Made by a program: the position numbers and the translations under genes. From the NCBI GenBank assembly GCA_965200315.1, contig OZ241362.1, positions 480,001-544,000 of the forward strand: 64,000 bases of DNA, read 5' to 3'. Source of the DNA: Candidatus Latescibacterota bacterium. Lineage in GTDB: Bacteria > Latescibacterota > UBA2968 > UBA8231. The notes beneath the pieces are model-generated. The model had not been told where the DNA came from, ran no database searches, and saw nothing but the letters and a program-made list of their open reading frames with translations. Below are positions 11,847 through 22,104 of this stretch, piece after piece; position 1 is the first letter of the stretch, and the number at the start of each line of letters is the position of its first letter.

Positions 11847-11864
11847 TTCGGAGCCTTGAACCGC

Positions 11865-12800
11865 ATGTCCGACTTTCCACTTTTTCCTGCCCAAGCCTCC
11901 ACCATCGCCTGGCAAGTAGATGCCCTGTACGCATTCTTACTCGTCTTGACCGTGGTCTTCTGCCTGCTTGTCTTCGGCATGGTAATCATCTTCGGCATCA
12001 AGTACCGCCGCCGCTCGGAAGACGAACAGCCCGAGCAAACTCACGGCAATCTTGTCCTCGAACTGTCTTGGACCATCATTCCCCTCTTTTTGGCGCTTTT
12101 TGTCTTTTTGCTTGGGGCTGATGTTTTCTTTCGGCTCCAGCGACCGCCGTCCGACCCCTTGGAGATCTACGCGGTTGGCAAGCAGTGGATGTGGAAAATC
12201 CAACACGAATCGGGCAAGCGAGAAATCAATACCCTGCACGTACCCAAGGGCCAGACCGTCCGCCTGACCATGACTTCGGAGGACGTAATCCACGACTTTT
12301 TCATCCCGGCTTTCCGGGTCAAAAACGACGTGTTGCCTGGCCGCTACACGACCCTGTGGTTCGAGGCTACGCAGACGGGCGAGTTCCACTTATTCTGCGC
12401 TGAGTATTGCGGCACCCAGCACTCGGGTATGATCGGCAAGGTGATCGTCTTAGAGCCCGCGGATTACCACGACTGGCTAATGGGAGCGTCCAGCGGCGAA
12501 TCCATGGTCGAGGCGGGTGAGCGCCAGTTCCAGCAACTCGGCTGCGAGACCTGTCACAAATCCACGGCCACGGGTCGCGGCCCTTCGTTGGTCGGGATTT
12601 ACGACAAGCCGGTGACACTCAACAACGGGCAAGAAGTCGTCGTCGATAGCGACTACATCCGCGAGTCCATACTCCAGCCCACGGCCAAAATAGTCGCTGG
12701 GTATGAGCCAATTATGCCCGTCTTTGAAGGGCAGGTCAGCGAGCAGTCGCTGTTGCAAATCGCGTCTTATATCAAATCCCTGAGTGAGTCCGCAGAGTGA
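11865..12800 (+). CDS. coxB: Cytochrome c oxidase subunit II with fused cytochrome c (caa3 type)
   Basis: DVIHDF, CuA motif [13 protein letters not shown]-terminal CETCH heme c. Confidence 0.95.
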   Translation: MSDFPLFPAQASTIAWQVDALYAFLLVLTVVFCLLVFGMVIIFGIKYRRRSEDEQPEQTHGNLVLELSWTIIPLFLALFVFLLGADVFFRLQRPPSDPLEIYAVGKQWMWKIQHESGKREINTLHVPKGQTVRLTMTSEDVIHDFFIPAFRVKNDVLPGRYTTLWFEATQTGEFHLFCAEYCGTQHSGMIGKVIVLEPADYHDWLMGASSGESMVEAGERQFQQLGCETCHKSTATGRGPSLVGIYDKPVTLNNGQEVVVDSDYIRESILQPTAKIVAGYEPIMPVFEGQVSEQSLLQIASYIKSLSESAE

Positions 12801-12825
12801 ACATCTCAACGAGGTCATTCAAGCC

Positions 12826-14493
12826 ATGAGCCATGCAATCAGTGCCAACGGCGAGCCGAGAAACTACCTCAACGAAACGTATGGGATCAAATCTTGGCTC
12901 CTGACCCTAGATCACAAGCGCATCGGTATCCTCTACTTGATAACGATGGCGATCTTCTTCTTGGTCGGCAGCATGTTTGCCAGCCTCATTCGCTTTGAAC
13001 TGATGACGCCCAAAGGCGATTTGGTCGAGGCCGAGACCTACAACAAGCTCTTCACCATGCATGGCGTGGTGATGATCTTCTTCTTTCTCATCCCCTCTAT
13101 CCCGGCCGCGCTGGGCAACTTTCTCATTCCCCTGCAGATCGGCGCACGGGACGTGGCCTTCCCCCGCCTAAATCTCCTCAGCTACTATCTCTACACAGCC
13201 GGGGGGCTATTTGCCGTGCTGGCCATCATCATGGGGGGCATTGATACGGGTTGGACCTTTTACACGCCTTACAGTAGCACGTACTCTACCTCATTTGTTT
13301 CTTTGGCCCTAGTCGGCGTTTTTATCAACGGTTTCTCTTCGATCCTGACCGGGGTCAACTTCATGGTCACCATCCACAAGATGCGAGCCCCGGGTATGAC
13401 GTGGTTCCGCTTGCCGCTTTTTATTTGGGGGCACTACGCGACCAGCCTGATTCAGGTACTAGGCACTCCGGTGGTGGCCATCACCTTATTGCTGGTCTGT
13501 TTCGAGCGCGCCTTCAAGATCGGCATTTTCGATCCCAATTACGGCGGCGACCCGGTGCTTTTCCAGCACATGTTCTGGTTTTACTCGCATCCGGCCGTGT
13601 ACATCATGATCCTGCCGGGCTTTGCCGTCATCAGCGAAGTTGTATCTTGCTTCTCGCGCAAGCGCGTCTTCGGCTATTCCTTTGTGGCTTTTTCCTCGCT
13701 GGCCATCGCCGTCCTTGGCTTTCTCGTCTGGGGCCACCATTTGTTCGTGTCGGGCCAATCAACCTATGCCAGCATGGTCTTTTCCTTCATCACCTTCTTT
13801 ATCGCCGTACCCACCGCCATCAAAATTTTCAACTGGTCTTTCACCCTCTACAAAGCCTCGGTTAAGCTAGACTCGCCCATGCTCTACGTGATGGGCTTTA
13901 TCGGCCTTTTCACTATCGGCGGGCTGACGGGCCTGTTCCTCTCCACTTTGGGCCTAGATGTCCATCTCCACGATACCTACTTCGTGGTCGCCCACTTCCA
14001 CTATGTCATGGTGGGCGGCATGGTCATGGGGTTCCTCTGCGGCCTGCATTTTTGGTGGCCTAAAATGACCGGACGCATGTATTCGGAAGGAGCGGCCAAG
14101 CTCGGCGTCATGTTCGTCTTCGCCGGGTTCAACTTGACCTTCTTTCCGCAATTTATCTTGGGTTACCTAGGGATGCCTCGGCGCTATCACGCCTATCCCG
14201 AGGAATGGCAGGCCCTCAACATCATGTCCACGGCGGGTGCCACTGTCCTCGGATTGGGCTTCTCGCTGACCATCATCTATCTCCTCTGGTCCTTGTTTAA
14301 GGGCGAGAAGGCCACCGCCAATCCGTTCCAAGCCAAGGGTCTCGAATGGGACATCCCCTCGCCGCCCATAGCCCACAACTTTGAAGCCATCCCGATAGTT
14401 ACCTGGGAAGCCTATCCCTACGGCGAGGAGGAACCTACGGCACCGAGCACTGAGGCCGTACCTGAACGCGCTAAGGAGGATGAAGTTGTCTGA
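12826..14493 (+). CDS. coxA: Cytochrome c oxidase subunit I (A2-type, YS motif)
   Basis: [46 protein letters not shown]. Confidence 0.97.
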   Translation: MSHAISANGEPRNYLNETYGIKSWLLTLDHKRIGILYLITMAIFFLVGSMFASLIRFELMTPKGDLVEAETYNKLFTMHGVVMIFFFLIPSIPAALGNFLIPLQIGARDVAFPRLNLLSYYLYTAGGLFAVLAIIMGGIDTGWTFYTPYSSTYSTSFVSLALVGVFINGFSSILTGVNFMVTIHKMRAPGMTWFRLPLFIWGHYATSLIQVLGTPVVAITLLLVCFERAFKIGIFDPNYGGDPVLFQHMFWFYSHPAVYIMILPGFAVISEVVSCFSRKRVFGYSFVAFSSLAIAVLGFLVWGHHLFVSGQSTYASMVFSFITFFIAVPTAIKIFNWSFTLYKASVKLDSPMLYVMGFIGLFTIGGLTGLFLSTLGLDVHLHDTYFVVAHFHYVMVGGMVMGFLCGLHFWWPKMTGRMYSEGAAKLGVMFVFAGFNLTFFPQFILGYLGMPRRYHAYPEEWQALNIMSTAGATVLGLGFSLTIIYLLWSLFKGEKATANPFQAKGLEWDIPSPPIAHNFEAIPIVTWEAYPYGEEEPTAPSTEAVPERAKEDEVV

Positions 14494-15145
14494 ACACGCA
14501 CATAGCGCCCACCACCTACACCAGTTCGAGACGGCGCAGCAGCAATACGAAGCCGCCAGTCTCGGCATGTGGGCGTTCATCATCCAAGAAATCCTGTTCT
14601 TCGGGGGGTTGTTTGGTGCCTATACTGTGTATCGCTTCAAATATATCGAAGCCTTTACGGCTGGCTCTCACCTCCTGAGCATCGGCTGGGGTACCTTCAA
14701 CACCATCGTGCTGATCGCCAGCAGCCTAACCATGGCGCTGGCCGTCCGCGCCGCGCAGACCAATGCTGGTCGCAACGCGATTACGGGGTGGCTCGTCGCC
14801 ACGATCATTCTCGGCTGCGCCTTCTTAGGCGTCAAGTACATTGAGTACAGCTCCAAGTGGTACGATCACCTCATCCCTAGTAGCATGTTCCAGTGGAACG
14901 ACCCGGCGGTCACGCTCGGCAACGCCAAAATTTTCTTCTCGTTTTACTTCGTGATGACTGGGATGCACGCGCTGCACATGGTCGTCGGCGTCGGCATCAT
15001 GCTGTGGATGATCGCCAAGGTCCGGCGCAACGAGATTTCGGCTCAGTACTTTACGCCGATTGAAATCAGCGGCCTCTATTGGCACTTCGTCGATATCGTG
15101 TGGATTTTCCTCTTCCCACTGCTCTATCTGATTGGACGCCACTAA
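14480..15145 (+). CDS. coxC: Cytochrome c oxidase subunit III
   Basis: [41 protein letters not shown]. Confidence 0.93.
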   Translation: MKLSEHAHSAHHLHQFETAQQQYEAASLGMWAFIIQEILFFGGLFGAYTVYRFKYIEAFTAGSHLLSIGWGTFNTIVLIASSLTMALAVRAAQTNAGRNAITGWLVATIILGCAFLGVKYIEYSSKWYDHLIPSSMFQWNDPAVTLGNAKIFFSFYFVMTGMHALHMVVGVGIMLWMIAKVRRNEISAQYFTPIEISGLYWHFVDIVWIFLFPLLYLIGRH

Positions 15146-15474
15146 TGTCTGAACATCACGTCGTCCCGCTCAAGATCTACTTTCTGATCTTCTCCGCCCT
15201 GATGATCGGCACCGTTATCACGGTGGCCGCCGCCTTCGTCGACATGGGCTTTTTGAATACCCCGGTCGCCCTGATTATCGCCCTAGTAAAGGCATCGCTA
15301 GTCATCTTGTTCTTCATGCACGTAAAATACAGTCCCAAGCTAGTCGGGCTTTTCGCAGTCGCCGGCTTTTTCTGGCTGTGTATCCTATTGGCCTTGACCA
15401 TGCAGGACTACTATACGCGGGGCTGGGGTGAGGAAGCGCCAGTGGAGTTTCTCAAGCAGGGATCGTTCTTCTAA
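15145..15474 (+). CDS. Cytochrome c oxidase subunit IV (prokaryotic)
   Basis: Three TMs, IALVKASLVILFFMHVKY; TAATG overlap with coxC. Confidence 0.88.
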   Translation: MSEHHVVPLKIYFLIFSALMIGTVITVAAAFVDMGFLNTPVALIIALVKASLVILFFMHVKYSPKLVGLFAVAGFFWLCILLALTMQDYYTRGWGEEAPVEFLKQGSFF

Positions 15475-15501
15475 ATCCTAAACCCTCTACAGTATTTCAC
15501 G

Positions 15502-15537
15502 AAAATAGCCCGGGCCGCTTGAGCGATCCGGGCTATT
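15502..15537. terminator. Probable bidirectional intrinsic terminator
   Basis: AATAGCCCGG...CCGGGCTATT hairpin between convergent gene runs, T-run on the minus strand. Confidence 0.65.
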
Positions 15538-15571
15538 GTATTGCCGCAATGTTCTACCTTACTGGTCGTCC

Positions 15572-16159
15572 TCACTCTGAACCGGCTATCATGGTTTCGG
15601 CCAACGCAAAGCAGCAGGAACTGCGGGCTTGCCCCAAACTTTTGCTCCAAGCGTCGCGCGGATAAGGGCGGCCGGGTACGGCCCTGCTGTCGAGTTGCAT
15701 CTGGCCAGCGGCAGCAAAAACCAGCACCGTGAAGACGATCTGAGGATTGATGGTAGGCGGGCCGACTAGAGGGCTTTCCAATTGCTCCCAAGTAGCAGTC
15801 AGGGTATGGTGCTCGCTTTGGATGGTCCAAGAAGGAGCGCGGTCAATGCGGCCAGCGCGGATGAAAGTCGCTCTCCATTGAGGCAGGTCGCGGTCGAATG
15901 GATTATTGCTGCCGCGAATCATGGTGGCAGTAATAAAATCGGCCAAGTCGGGATTGTCGGTGCCGACGGCGGTCAGGCCCTCGGAGCCGGGAATGTCGAT
16001 ATAGGCCACCGTTCCCCGGCCGGCGGGGCTGTAGGCGGCACTGTACAGACTGAGTTGGCCGCTATCGGCTTGGCCGCCGGGCGGACGCAGATAGAGAATC
16101 CAGTGTTCGCCAGACCAGAGTAGCGGACCTCGGCTGAGGGCAGCGACACGATGGATCAT
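15572..16159 (-). CDS. Hypothetical protein
   Basis: 195-aa ORF with ATG immediately after the vapC stop; no family recognised. Confidence 0.7.
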   Translation of the reverse strand: MIHRVAALSRGPLLWSGEHWILYLRPPGGQADSGQLSLYSAAYSPAGRGTVAYIDIPGSEGLTAVGTDNPDLADFITATMIRGSNNPFDRDLPQWRATFIRAGRIDRAPSWTIQSEHHTLTATWEQLESPLVGPPTINPQIVFTVLVFAAAGQMQLDSRAVPGRPYPRDAWSKSLGQARSSCCFALAETMIAGSE

Positions 16160-16572
16160 CTAAACCGCCTCGGGGGCAACGGCCACAATCCCTTCAGGCG
16201 CGTAACGGGCGAAGTCTGCCGTGTTGAAGGTCAGGATATGCGTTGCGCCATGCGAAAGAATCGCCGCAACCAATCGGGCATCGTGAACCTGAACACCTGA
16301 TACACCATAAGTCACAACAAGTCGTCTCCATTCAGCATACAGAGTCGGCAAATCTGGCAGCAAAGGAAACAGTCGCTCCGCACGTTGCAAGAGTCTATCT
16401 GTTTCCAATGGCGTAAGTCCAAAACCGTTTTGATCAATGGGACGAGTTGATGCATTCCAGAATTCTATGAAATTGTCCGCAACTTACGTACAGCCGCTCG
16501 AACAATCGGATAACGTGGATCAGCGCGATATAAAACTCGCAACAAGACATTTGTATCGGCCAGATAAATCAC
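16160..16572 (-). pseudogene. vapC: VapC/PIN-domain toxin, disrupted by an internal deletion/frameshift
   Basis: GTG at 16572 gives MIYLADTNVLLR...VRKLRTIS*. The remainder (NFIEFWNASTRP...GVQVHDARLVAA...ILTFNTADF) is in another frame; break near 16475. Confidence 0.82.
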
Positions 16573-16574
16573 GA

Positions 16575-16904
16575 CTATAAATGATCCTCGTAAAGTCCTT
16601 TGCGGCTAACCGCGTAATCGGATAATGGCGGGCAATCGGGACCAACACAATCCATAAAATCGTCGGCCAACTGATCGGCTAGGGCCTCGAATTTATCATC
16701 AGATAACAACTCTACCTTAGCCTGCTCCCAAGGGATAGATTCTTCTGCGGTGGCGCGCAGGCGGTCAATCTCTTCTGAGTCTTCAAGGTCCTCTAGCAAA
16801 TTCAACAGTGCTTCCCAAACCGCATAGTCAAGCAGCACCGCTTGCTTCTCGCCATTAGAGTCCACGACAAACCGAGATTTTTGCATCAAGTCAGCAACGC
16901 CCAT
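16575..16904 (-). CDS. Putative antitoxin, apparently chimeric
   Basis: N-half FVVDSNGEKQAVLLD...LEDLED...IPWEQAKVEL; C-half ...PPLSDYAVSRKGLYEDHL typical of genes preceding PIN toxins; AAGGAG RBS. Confidence 0.65.
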   Translation of the reverse strand: MGVADLMQKSRFVVDSNGEKQAVLLDYAVWEALLNLLEDLEDSEEIDRLRATAEESIPWEQAKVELLSDDKFEALADQLADDFMDCVGPDCPPLSDYAVSRKGLYEDHL

Positions 16905-16941
16905 TTTGTTCTCCTTTTCTGCATACGGTTCCAAACGGCCC

Positions 16942-17307
16942 TCAAGCAATGTCGCGGACGAGCACCAAAATCGCCGCTTGCGGCACGACGATGAACTTTT
17001 CGTCGTCGAACTTGATTTCCACCGCGTCTTTGCGCAGGAAAATGGCGTGGTCGCCTTTTTTGGCCTGGAGGCCGATGTAGCGCATCTGCTCGTTCCCCTC
17101 TTGGTCCCAAGGCGCACCATCGTCACCGGCAGTCGGCGGCAAGGGAACGCCCGGCCCGACCTCTTCTACGCGCCCGCTTTGCACATTCTCCTTTTCCAAG
17201 GCGGTCGGCGGCAAATAAAGCCCCACGGCCGTGCGCTCTTCCATGTCGTCAACCCGAATTAGTACGCGGTCGCCGACTACATACAGTTCCTTGTCGCCCC
17301 TAATCAT
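16942..17307 (-). CDS. Stand-alone GroES/Cpn10-family co-chaperone
   Basis: GDRVLIR...ERTAVGLYLP...SGRVEEVGPG...KGDHAIF...ILVLVR; AGGAG RBS before ATG 17307. Confidence 0.85.
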   Translation of the reverse strand: MIRGDKELYVVGDRVLIRVDDMEERTAVGLYLPPTALEKENVQSGRVEEVGPGVPLPPTAGDDGAPWDQEGNEQMRYIGLQAKKGDHAIFLRKDAVEIKFDDEKFIVVPQAAILVLVRDIA

Positions 17308-17321
17308 CTGCTCCTCCTGAG

Positions 17322-18536
17322 TTAAGACGCCAAGCGCAAACACTCGCTGTAGCGCTCGAAGCGCTCCCCTTCCCCCTCTGCTGGATCGACGTACTTGAGC
17401 CAAAGGGCACTGTCTTTCTTGTCGCCGCTGAGTTTGCGACGGCTGCCGAGGTTGCTCGGATCAATGCCGTTCCACACCACTTGGCCGTCCTGCATATAGA
17501 TGAACTCCCCTCGGTAGCGGTCAATGAGCTTCCGCTGTTCGTCTTGGTAGATCAGCCCCTGTTCGCAGGTGGTGCGCCGCCAATTGGCCACTGTGGCGTC
17601 TGAGTCCGTAGATACGGAGTCAAATTCGGCCAGCGGAGCCTCTACCTCGCTCGCAAAGTCAATCTCGTTCAAATCCACCGTGCCAAAGCCGTGCTCGGCA
17701 GCGATTAACAGGTGATTGCGGTCGCGGCGAAAAGGCGGGGTAGGCCAATCGGAGTGGGGATCGTGGCCCATCAAGGTCATACCGCAGGTGTCGGTCGCCA
17801 CCGGATGATCGCCGGCCAGCAAGGCATTGCAAATCCGGCCCTCGCCACCCCATTCGCGGCCCCATTGGCCGGTGAGGGCCTCGACGATGTTGAGGCAAGG
17901 TTTGGTAATCATGCCCAAGTCCGGCAGGACGTAGGAAAGCCGGATGAGATGGTGATAATACGACCGCGTCCGCCCTTCCGGCGGGATCATCGGCGGCAAG
18001 CCAAAGAGGTTTTTCAGGGTCAATGTAATGCCCATAAAGGCGTGATTCTTCATCTTGGCGATGGATACCACCTCGTCGGCCTCGGCAAAGATGGCATTGA
18101 GCAGGTAATGGTCGAACATGCAGCCGCCACCGGGCACGTCGTACGTGGCAAAGGGGGGCAAATTCGAGTCCACATAGCGGACGCCAAAATCGTCCAGAAT
18201 ATAGCGGTAGTTAAAGTCGTCGGGCGTTACATGGCCGTTGCCGTAGGGGTAGGTGTCGGTGGCGATTAGCTCGGCTGTAGTCCGCTCTCGCAGCAGGCGC
18301 AGCACCGCACGAGCCACGGCATCATCTACCAACTCTCTTCGGCGACCAGCGAAGTACTCGATGCGCTCCGGCGGCTTGATCATATTGAATTTTAATACGA
18401 TCCGCCGCGCCTTTTCCAGCTTCTTCCAAGAGCGCTCCAGCGGATCGGTAGTCCGTTTGAGTACCTCGTATATTTCTTCCTCGCTCGCTCGATGATCGCA
18501 GTGCGAAGCCCTAACAGTGTACTGTCTATCGTCCAT
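17322..18536 (-). CDS. DUF362 domain protein
   Basis: IVLKFN, SIAKMKNH...ITLTLKNLFG, LLAGDHPVATD. Confidence 0.8.
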   Translation of the reverse strand: MDDRQYTVRASHCDHRASEEEIYEVLKRTTDPLERSWKKLEKARRIVLKFNMIKPPERIEYFAGRRRELVDDAVARAVLRLLRERTTAELIATDTYPYGNGHVTPDDFNYRYILDDFGVRYVDSNLPPFATYDVPGGGCMFDHYLLNAIFAEADEVVSIAKMKNHAFMGITLTLKNLFGLPPMIPPEGRTRSYYHHLIRLSYVLPDLGMITKPCLNIVEALTGQWGREWGGEGRICNALLAGDHPVATDTCGMTLMGHDPHSDWPTPPFRRDRNHLLIAAEHGFGTVDLNEIDFASEVEAPLAEFDSVSTDSDATVANWRRTTCEQGLIYQDEQRKLIDRYRGEFIYMQDGQVVWNGIDPSNLGSRRKLSGDKKDSALWLKYVDPAEGEGERFERYSECLRLAS

Positions 18537-18568
18537 GATGCCTTTCCCTTCCTGTTAAGTGTTTGTGG

Positions 18569-19894
18569 CTACTCGCCGAGGACGCCCACGGTCTGTTCGA
18601 GCCGCATCAGGGCAAGTGCCTTGTCGCGGCGCGCGACAGCGCTTTGGGTGCGCGCCTCCACTAGAGCCAATTGCGCGTCCAGATTTTCCAATTGCGTACC
18701 GACCCCACTCGCATAGCGCACCTCGGCGACTTCTAGCCCCTTCTCAGCCTGCAATACCGCATGGCGGTGGGCCTCAATGCGCTGGCTGGCTTCCTCGACC
18801 GCATAATAAGCCTGCTGGATTTGCAGCCGCACCTCTCTCGCTATTCGCTGCTGGTCGTACTCTATCCGGCGTAGCTCCTGCCGCGCTTGCGCTACGCGCG
18901 CCCCGGTGAGCCGCCCGTCGAAAAGCGGCATTTGCACTACTAGCCCGGTGTTCCAACTCTTGCGCCACTCCCGATCGACCAAGTCAAACTCGTCGCTTTG
19001 GAACTGGGTTTGCCCCGCGGCTACCAGTTCCACGCTAGGCCGATTAGCAGCTTGATCGGCGGCGATTTTCCGCTCGTGCCATCCTATTGCTTGCTCGACG
19101 TGTGCTAGCTCTGGCCGCTTCGCTAGCCCCAAGGCGACGAGCCCGTCCAGATCGTCGAGATCGAGCGTGGTCTCGGTGCGGAACGTTCCCCGCACTTCTA
19201 TGGCTTGGTCTAAGTCTAAACCCACGACATCCTTGAGAGCCATCGTGGCCAGCCGCAGGTTGTTTTCGGAGCTGATGGAGTCGGCGCGCATGTTTGATAC
19301 CTGTACCTGAGCGCGCAACTGATCCAACTCAGCGGCCCGACCAGCCTGGGCTTGGGCCTCCACTTGCGACAGATTGCGTCTGGCCCACGCCAGCGCCAAG
19401 TGCGATACGGTGCGCAATTCCTCGGCTAGCATCAGGTCGTAAAATCGCTCCTCTACCTCGGCTAGCACGAGTTGTGTTGTCTGCCGCTCGGTTTCGCCGA
19501 GCATGGCAAATTGGCGGCGAGCCATGTCCTCAGTAGCGCGAATGCGGCCTCCAGCATAGAGCGGCTGGCGCACACTCACGACGCCCGTGAGGTTGTTTTC
19601 CGTGCCGATCCTGACGGCACTGCCAGCAAAGACAAAAGAAGGTAGCAGCCAGTTGCGACTATACGTGAAGGAGGCATCGACCCGCGGCAACCCCGCCGCT
19701 CGCGCTACGCGGAGTTCCTCGCGCCCGCTCAGCAGGTCAATGCGGGCTTGCAACAGGCGCTCGTTGTTTTCTTGCACCAGAGCCAACCCGGTTTGCAAGT
19801 CGAGGATCAACGGCTTGTCTGCATGGGCCGGGCGACTGGCGACTACACACAAGACCATCAAGCAGAACGCCCCCACCCTGATCTTGCTCAACAT
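18569..19894 (-). CDS. TolC-family outer-membrane efflux protein
   Basis: Signal peptide, duplicated OEP repeats (QPLYAGG, MPLFDG, RYASGVGTQLE..DAQ). Confidence 0.88.
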   Translation of the reverse strand: MLSKIRVGAFCLMVLCVVASRPAHADKPLILDLQTGLALVQENNERLLQARIDLLSGREELRVARAAGLPRVDASFTYSRNWLLPSFVFAGSAVRIGTENNLTGVVSVRQPLYAGGRIRATEDMARRQFAMLGETERQTTQLVLAEVEERFYDLMLAEELRTVSHLALAWARRNLSQVEAQAQAGRAAELDQLRAQVQVSNMRADSISSENNLRLATMALKDVVGLDLDQAIEVRGTFRTETTLDLDDLDGLVALGLAKRPELAHVEQAIGWHERKIAADQAANRPSVELVAAGQTQFQSDEFDLVDREWRKSWNTGLVVQMPLFDGRLTGARVAQARQELRRIEYDQQRIAREVRLQIQQAYYAVEEASQRIEAHRHAVLQAEKGLEVAEVRYASGVGTQLENLDAQLALVEARTQSAVARRDKALALMRLEQTVGVLGE

Positions 19895-20148
19895 AGCAAA
19901 CCGCGCTGCCGCAACCACGCCTCAACCTCTGCTCCTCCCACATCGGCCAACATAACGCCGTCGATTTCGACGCAGGGCGAGGCGTATTGCCGACTCTTGG
20001 CAACCATTTCCGCAAAGGCTTTGCGGTCGCTAGTAATATCCAATTCTTCGTATGGCAACCCGGCTCTATCGAGTACCGTCCGCACTCCCGGACTCCAAGG
20101 GCAATGCGGATTGAGATACGCTTTGATTACAGGAGTAGTATGTTCCAC
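19888..20148 (-). CDS. Glutaredoxin-like protein (CPWS)
   Basis: YLNPHCPWS, SRQYASPCVEIDG...LADVG; start uncertain (ORF extends to 20220). Confidence 0.82.
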   Translation of the reverse strand: MEHTTPVIKAYLNPHCPWSPGVRTVLDRAGLPYEELDITSDRKAFAEMVAKSRQYASPCVEIDGVMLADVGGAEVEAWLRQRGLLC

Positions 20149-20237
20149 TTTGGCCTTTCCGCTGTACGGGGGACGCGATATATTGAGAAAAACATATCGC
20201 CCCCCTCTCATCCCTGTCAAGGAAGGGGCCTCAATCT

Positions 20238-21065
20238 ATGAAACCGCTGGTCCTGTTCCACGGAGGCTGTAACGACGGCTTCTGTGCCGCGTGGATCTAC
20301 CGCCGCTATGTCAACCCGCAAGCCGAGTTTAAGGCGGTTCAATACAACACAGACCCGCCGGCTACGGCCGACCGCGACGTCGTCATCCTCGACTTCAGCT
20401 ACGAGCGGGCGCAGCTCATGGAGATGCACGAGCGCGCCCATTCGCTCTTGGTTTTGGACCATCACGAGACAGCCGCGCACGCCTTAGCTGGACTCGACTA
20501 TTGCGTATTCGCCGAGGGCAAGTCTGGAGCACGCATGACTTGGGAATACTTTTTCGACCCCCGCTCTCAGGTCAGTGCCGACGCCGTCCCTTGGCTGGTG
20601 TCCTATACTGAAGACCGCGACCTGTGGCGGTGGGCCTTGGTCGATTCTAAGGCCGTCAACGCCGCCCTCGCTTCGTACCCGCGCGACTTTGCGGTGTGGG
20701 ATGAAATCGCCGAGCGCGGGCCGCAAGCCCTTGCCGTGGAAGGGCAAGCCATTCTCCGCTTCCAACACCGACTTATCCGACCGCGCGTTCGGTACCACGG
20801 CTGGACCACCATCAGCGGATTTCGCGTCCCCATTACCAATGCCACGTTTCTGACCTCTGAAATCGGCAATGCCCTCGCCGAAGGGCACCCTTTTTCCGCC
20901 GTGTTCTTCGTTCGTCCCGACAGCAAGGTCGTGTACAACCTGCGCTCCAAGGGAGACGCGGCCGCCGATGTGGGTCGCATCGCACGCGAGTACGGCGGTG
21001 GAGGGCACAAGCATGCGGCAGCTTTTACCCTAGAAAGCATGCTGCCGATGGAAGCAAAGACGTAA
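20238..21065 (+). CDS. DHH/DHHA1 phosphoesterase
   Basis: HGGCNDG, ILDFS, LDHH, EDRDLW, GGGGHKHAAAF. Confidence 0.88.
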   Translation: MKPLVLFHGGCNDGFCAAWIYRRYVNPQAEFKAVQYNTDPPATADRDVVILDFSYERAQLMEMHERAHSLLVLDHHETAAHALAGLDYCVFAEGKSGARMTWEYFFDPRSQVSADAVPWLVSYTEDRDLWRWALVDSKAVNAALASYPRDFAVWDEIAERGPQALAVEGQAILRFQHRLIRPRVRYHGWTTISGFRVPITNATFLTSEIGNALAEGHPFSAVFFVRPDSKVVYNLRSKGDAAADVGRIAREYGGGGHKHAAAFTLESMLPMEAKT

Positions 21066-21866
21066 ATGACCCCCGAACAGCGCTATCTATTCGACATCAA
21101 CGGCTATTTGCACCTTTCCAACGTGCTCAGCGACAGCGAACTAGCGGCCGCACGAGTAGCCATCGATCGCTATATGGCCACGCCCGACGATGAACTGCCC
21201 GAAGGCTTTTCCCGCTCCAACGATGGCAAGTTCTACGCCAACGGCTTTGCTTTTGACAAGGCACTCGAATCCTTGATCTTCCACCCGATCCTGTGGCCCA
21301 TCATCAAAGAGTTCACCCACGATCGGCCGGCTTTTTCCCGGGGGACCCTGTTGATAGATAGCCACCAGCACGAGCCGATGCGCCTGCATTGTGCCCGCGA
21401 AGACTTCGGCTGGCAAAGCACGCGCTACGACACCCGCGAGGCCCGCATCTTCTGCGACGATTTCGTCATCTTCCCCTATTTCGACGACGTCTTTCCGGGC
21501 GACGGCGGCTTGGTGGTGGTCCCCGGCTCGCACAAGGCGGCGTTTGCACGTCCGCCCAGTCTGTTCAACGGCGGCGTCCCCGCCGAGTTGGAAGATTTGC
21601 CGGTTGGGGTCGTCAATGTAACGCCACGGGCCGGAGACGCCGTAGTAATGACGGAAATGCTGGCCCACGGAACTTTGCAATGGAAACCCAAAGATCGTCT
21701 GCGCCGCACCTTGGTGTTGCGCTATCGCCCCCAATTCAAGGGACCAGCCGCGGTCCCGGAACTCCTCTACGACCGCTTGTCGCCGCAGACCATAGAGCTG
21801 ATGGCCCCGGCTCACTACACCCATGTCAAAGAGATTGTCAAGGAGGACGTGGTGCGGCTTGCGTAA
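21066..21866 (+). CDS. Phytanoyl-CoA dioxygenase (PhyH) family protein
   Basis: YLFDINGYL, GGLVVVPGSHK, AGDAVVMTEMLAHG. Confidence 0.82.
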   Translation: MTPEQRYLFDINGYLHLSNVLSDSELAAARVAIDRYMATPDDELPEGFSRSNDGKFYANGFAFDKALESLIFHPILWPIIKEFTHDRPAFSRGTLLIDSHQHEPMRLHCAREDFGWQSTRYDTREARIFCDDFVIFPYFDDVFPGDGGLVVVPGSHKAAFARPPSLFNGGVPAELEDLPVGVVNVTPRAGDAVVMTEMLAHGTLQWKPKDRLRRTLVLRYRPQFKGPAAVPELLYDRLSPQTIELMAPAHYTHVKEIVKEDVVRLA

Positions 21867-21884
21867 ACAGAAGCAAAACCCAGC

Positions 21885-21924
21885 AAAACAGGCACCTGCG
21901 AGGGATCGCAAGTGCCTGTTTTTT
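21885..21924. terminator. Bidirectional intrinsic terminator
   Basis: AAAACAGGCACCTGCGA-GGGA-TCGCAAGTGCCTGTTTTTT between convergent phyH and tRNA-Lys. Confidence 0.8.
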
Positions 21925-21999
21925 GGTGAGCCCACTGGGGATCGAACCCAGGACCTACGGATTAAAAGTCCGGTGCTCTACCAGCTGAGCTATAGGCTC
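21924..21999 (-). tRNA. tRNA-Lys(TTT)
   Basis: Reverse complement GAGCCTATAGCTCAGCTGGTAGAGCACCGGACTTTTAATCCGTAGGTCCTGGGTTCGATCCCCAGTGGGCTCACCA. Confidence 0.96.
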
Positions 22000-22104
22000 T
22001 ATCGGGGTTGTATCTAAAGGAAAATAGACGGTTTACGCATCCATCGCAAGACCACCTAGCCCACGCGGGGGCTTTCCCTAGCCTAGTGGTAGCTGCCAAT
22101 AGAT

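Noticed and set aside
16942-17307. GroES without GroEL as a novel system
   Set aside because: Stand-alone Cpn10 paralogues are common, and groEL may lie elsewhere in the genome.
21924-21999. tRNA-Lys as the integration site of the defence module
   Set aside because: I saw no duplicated tRNA 3' end and no integrase. The module boundary is instead marked by the enolase-segment repeat 2.5 kb away.
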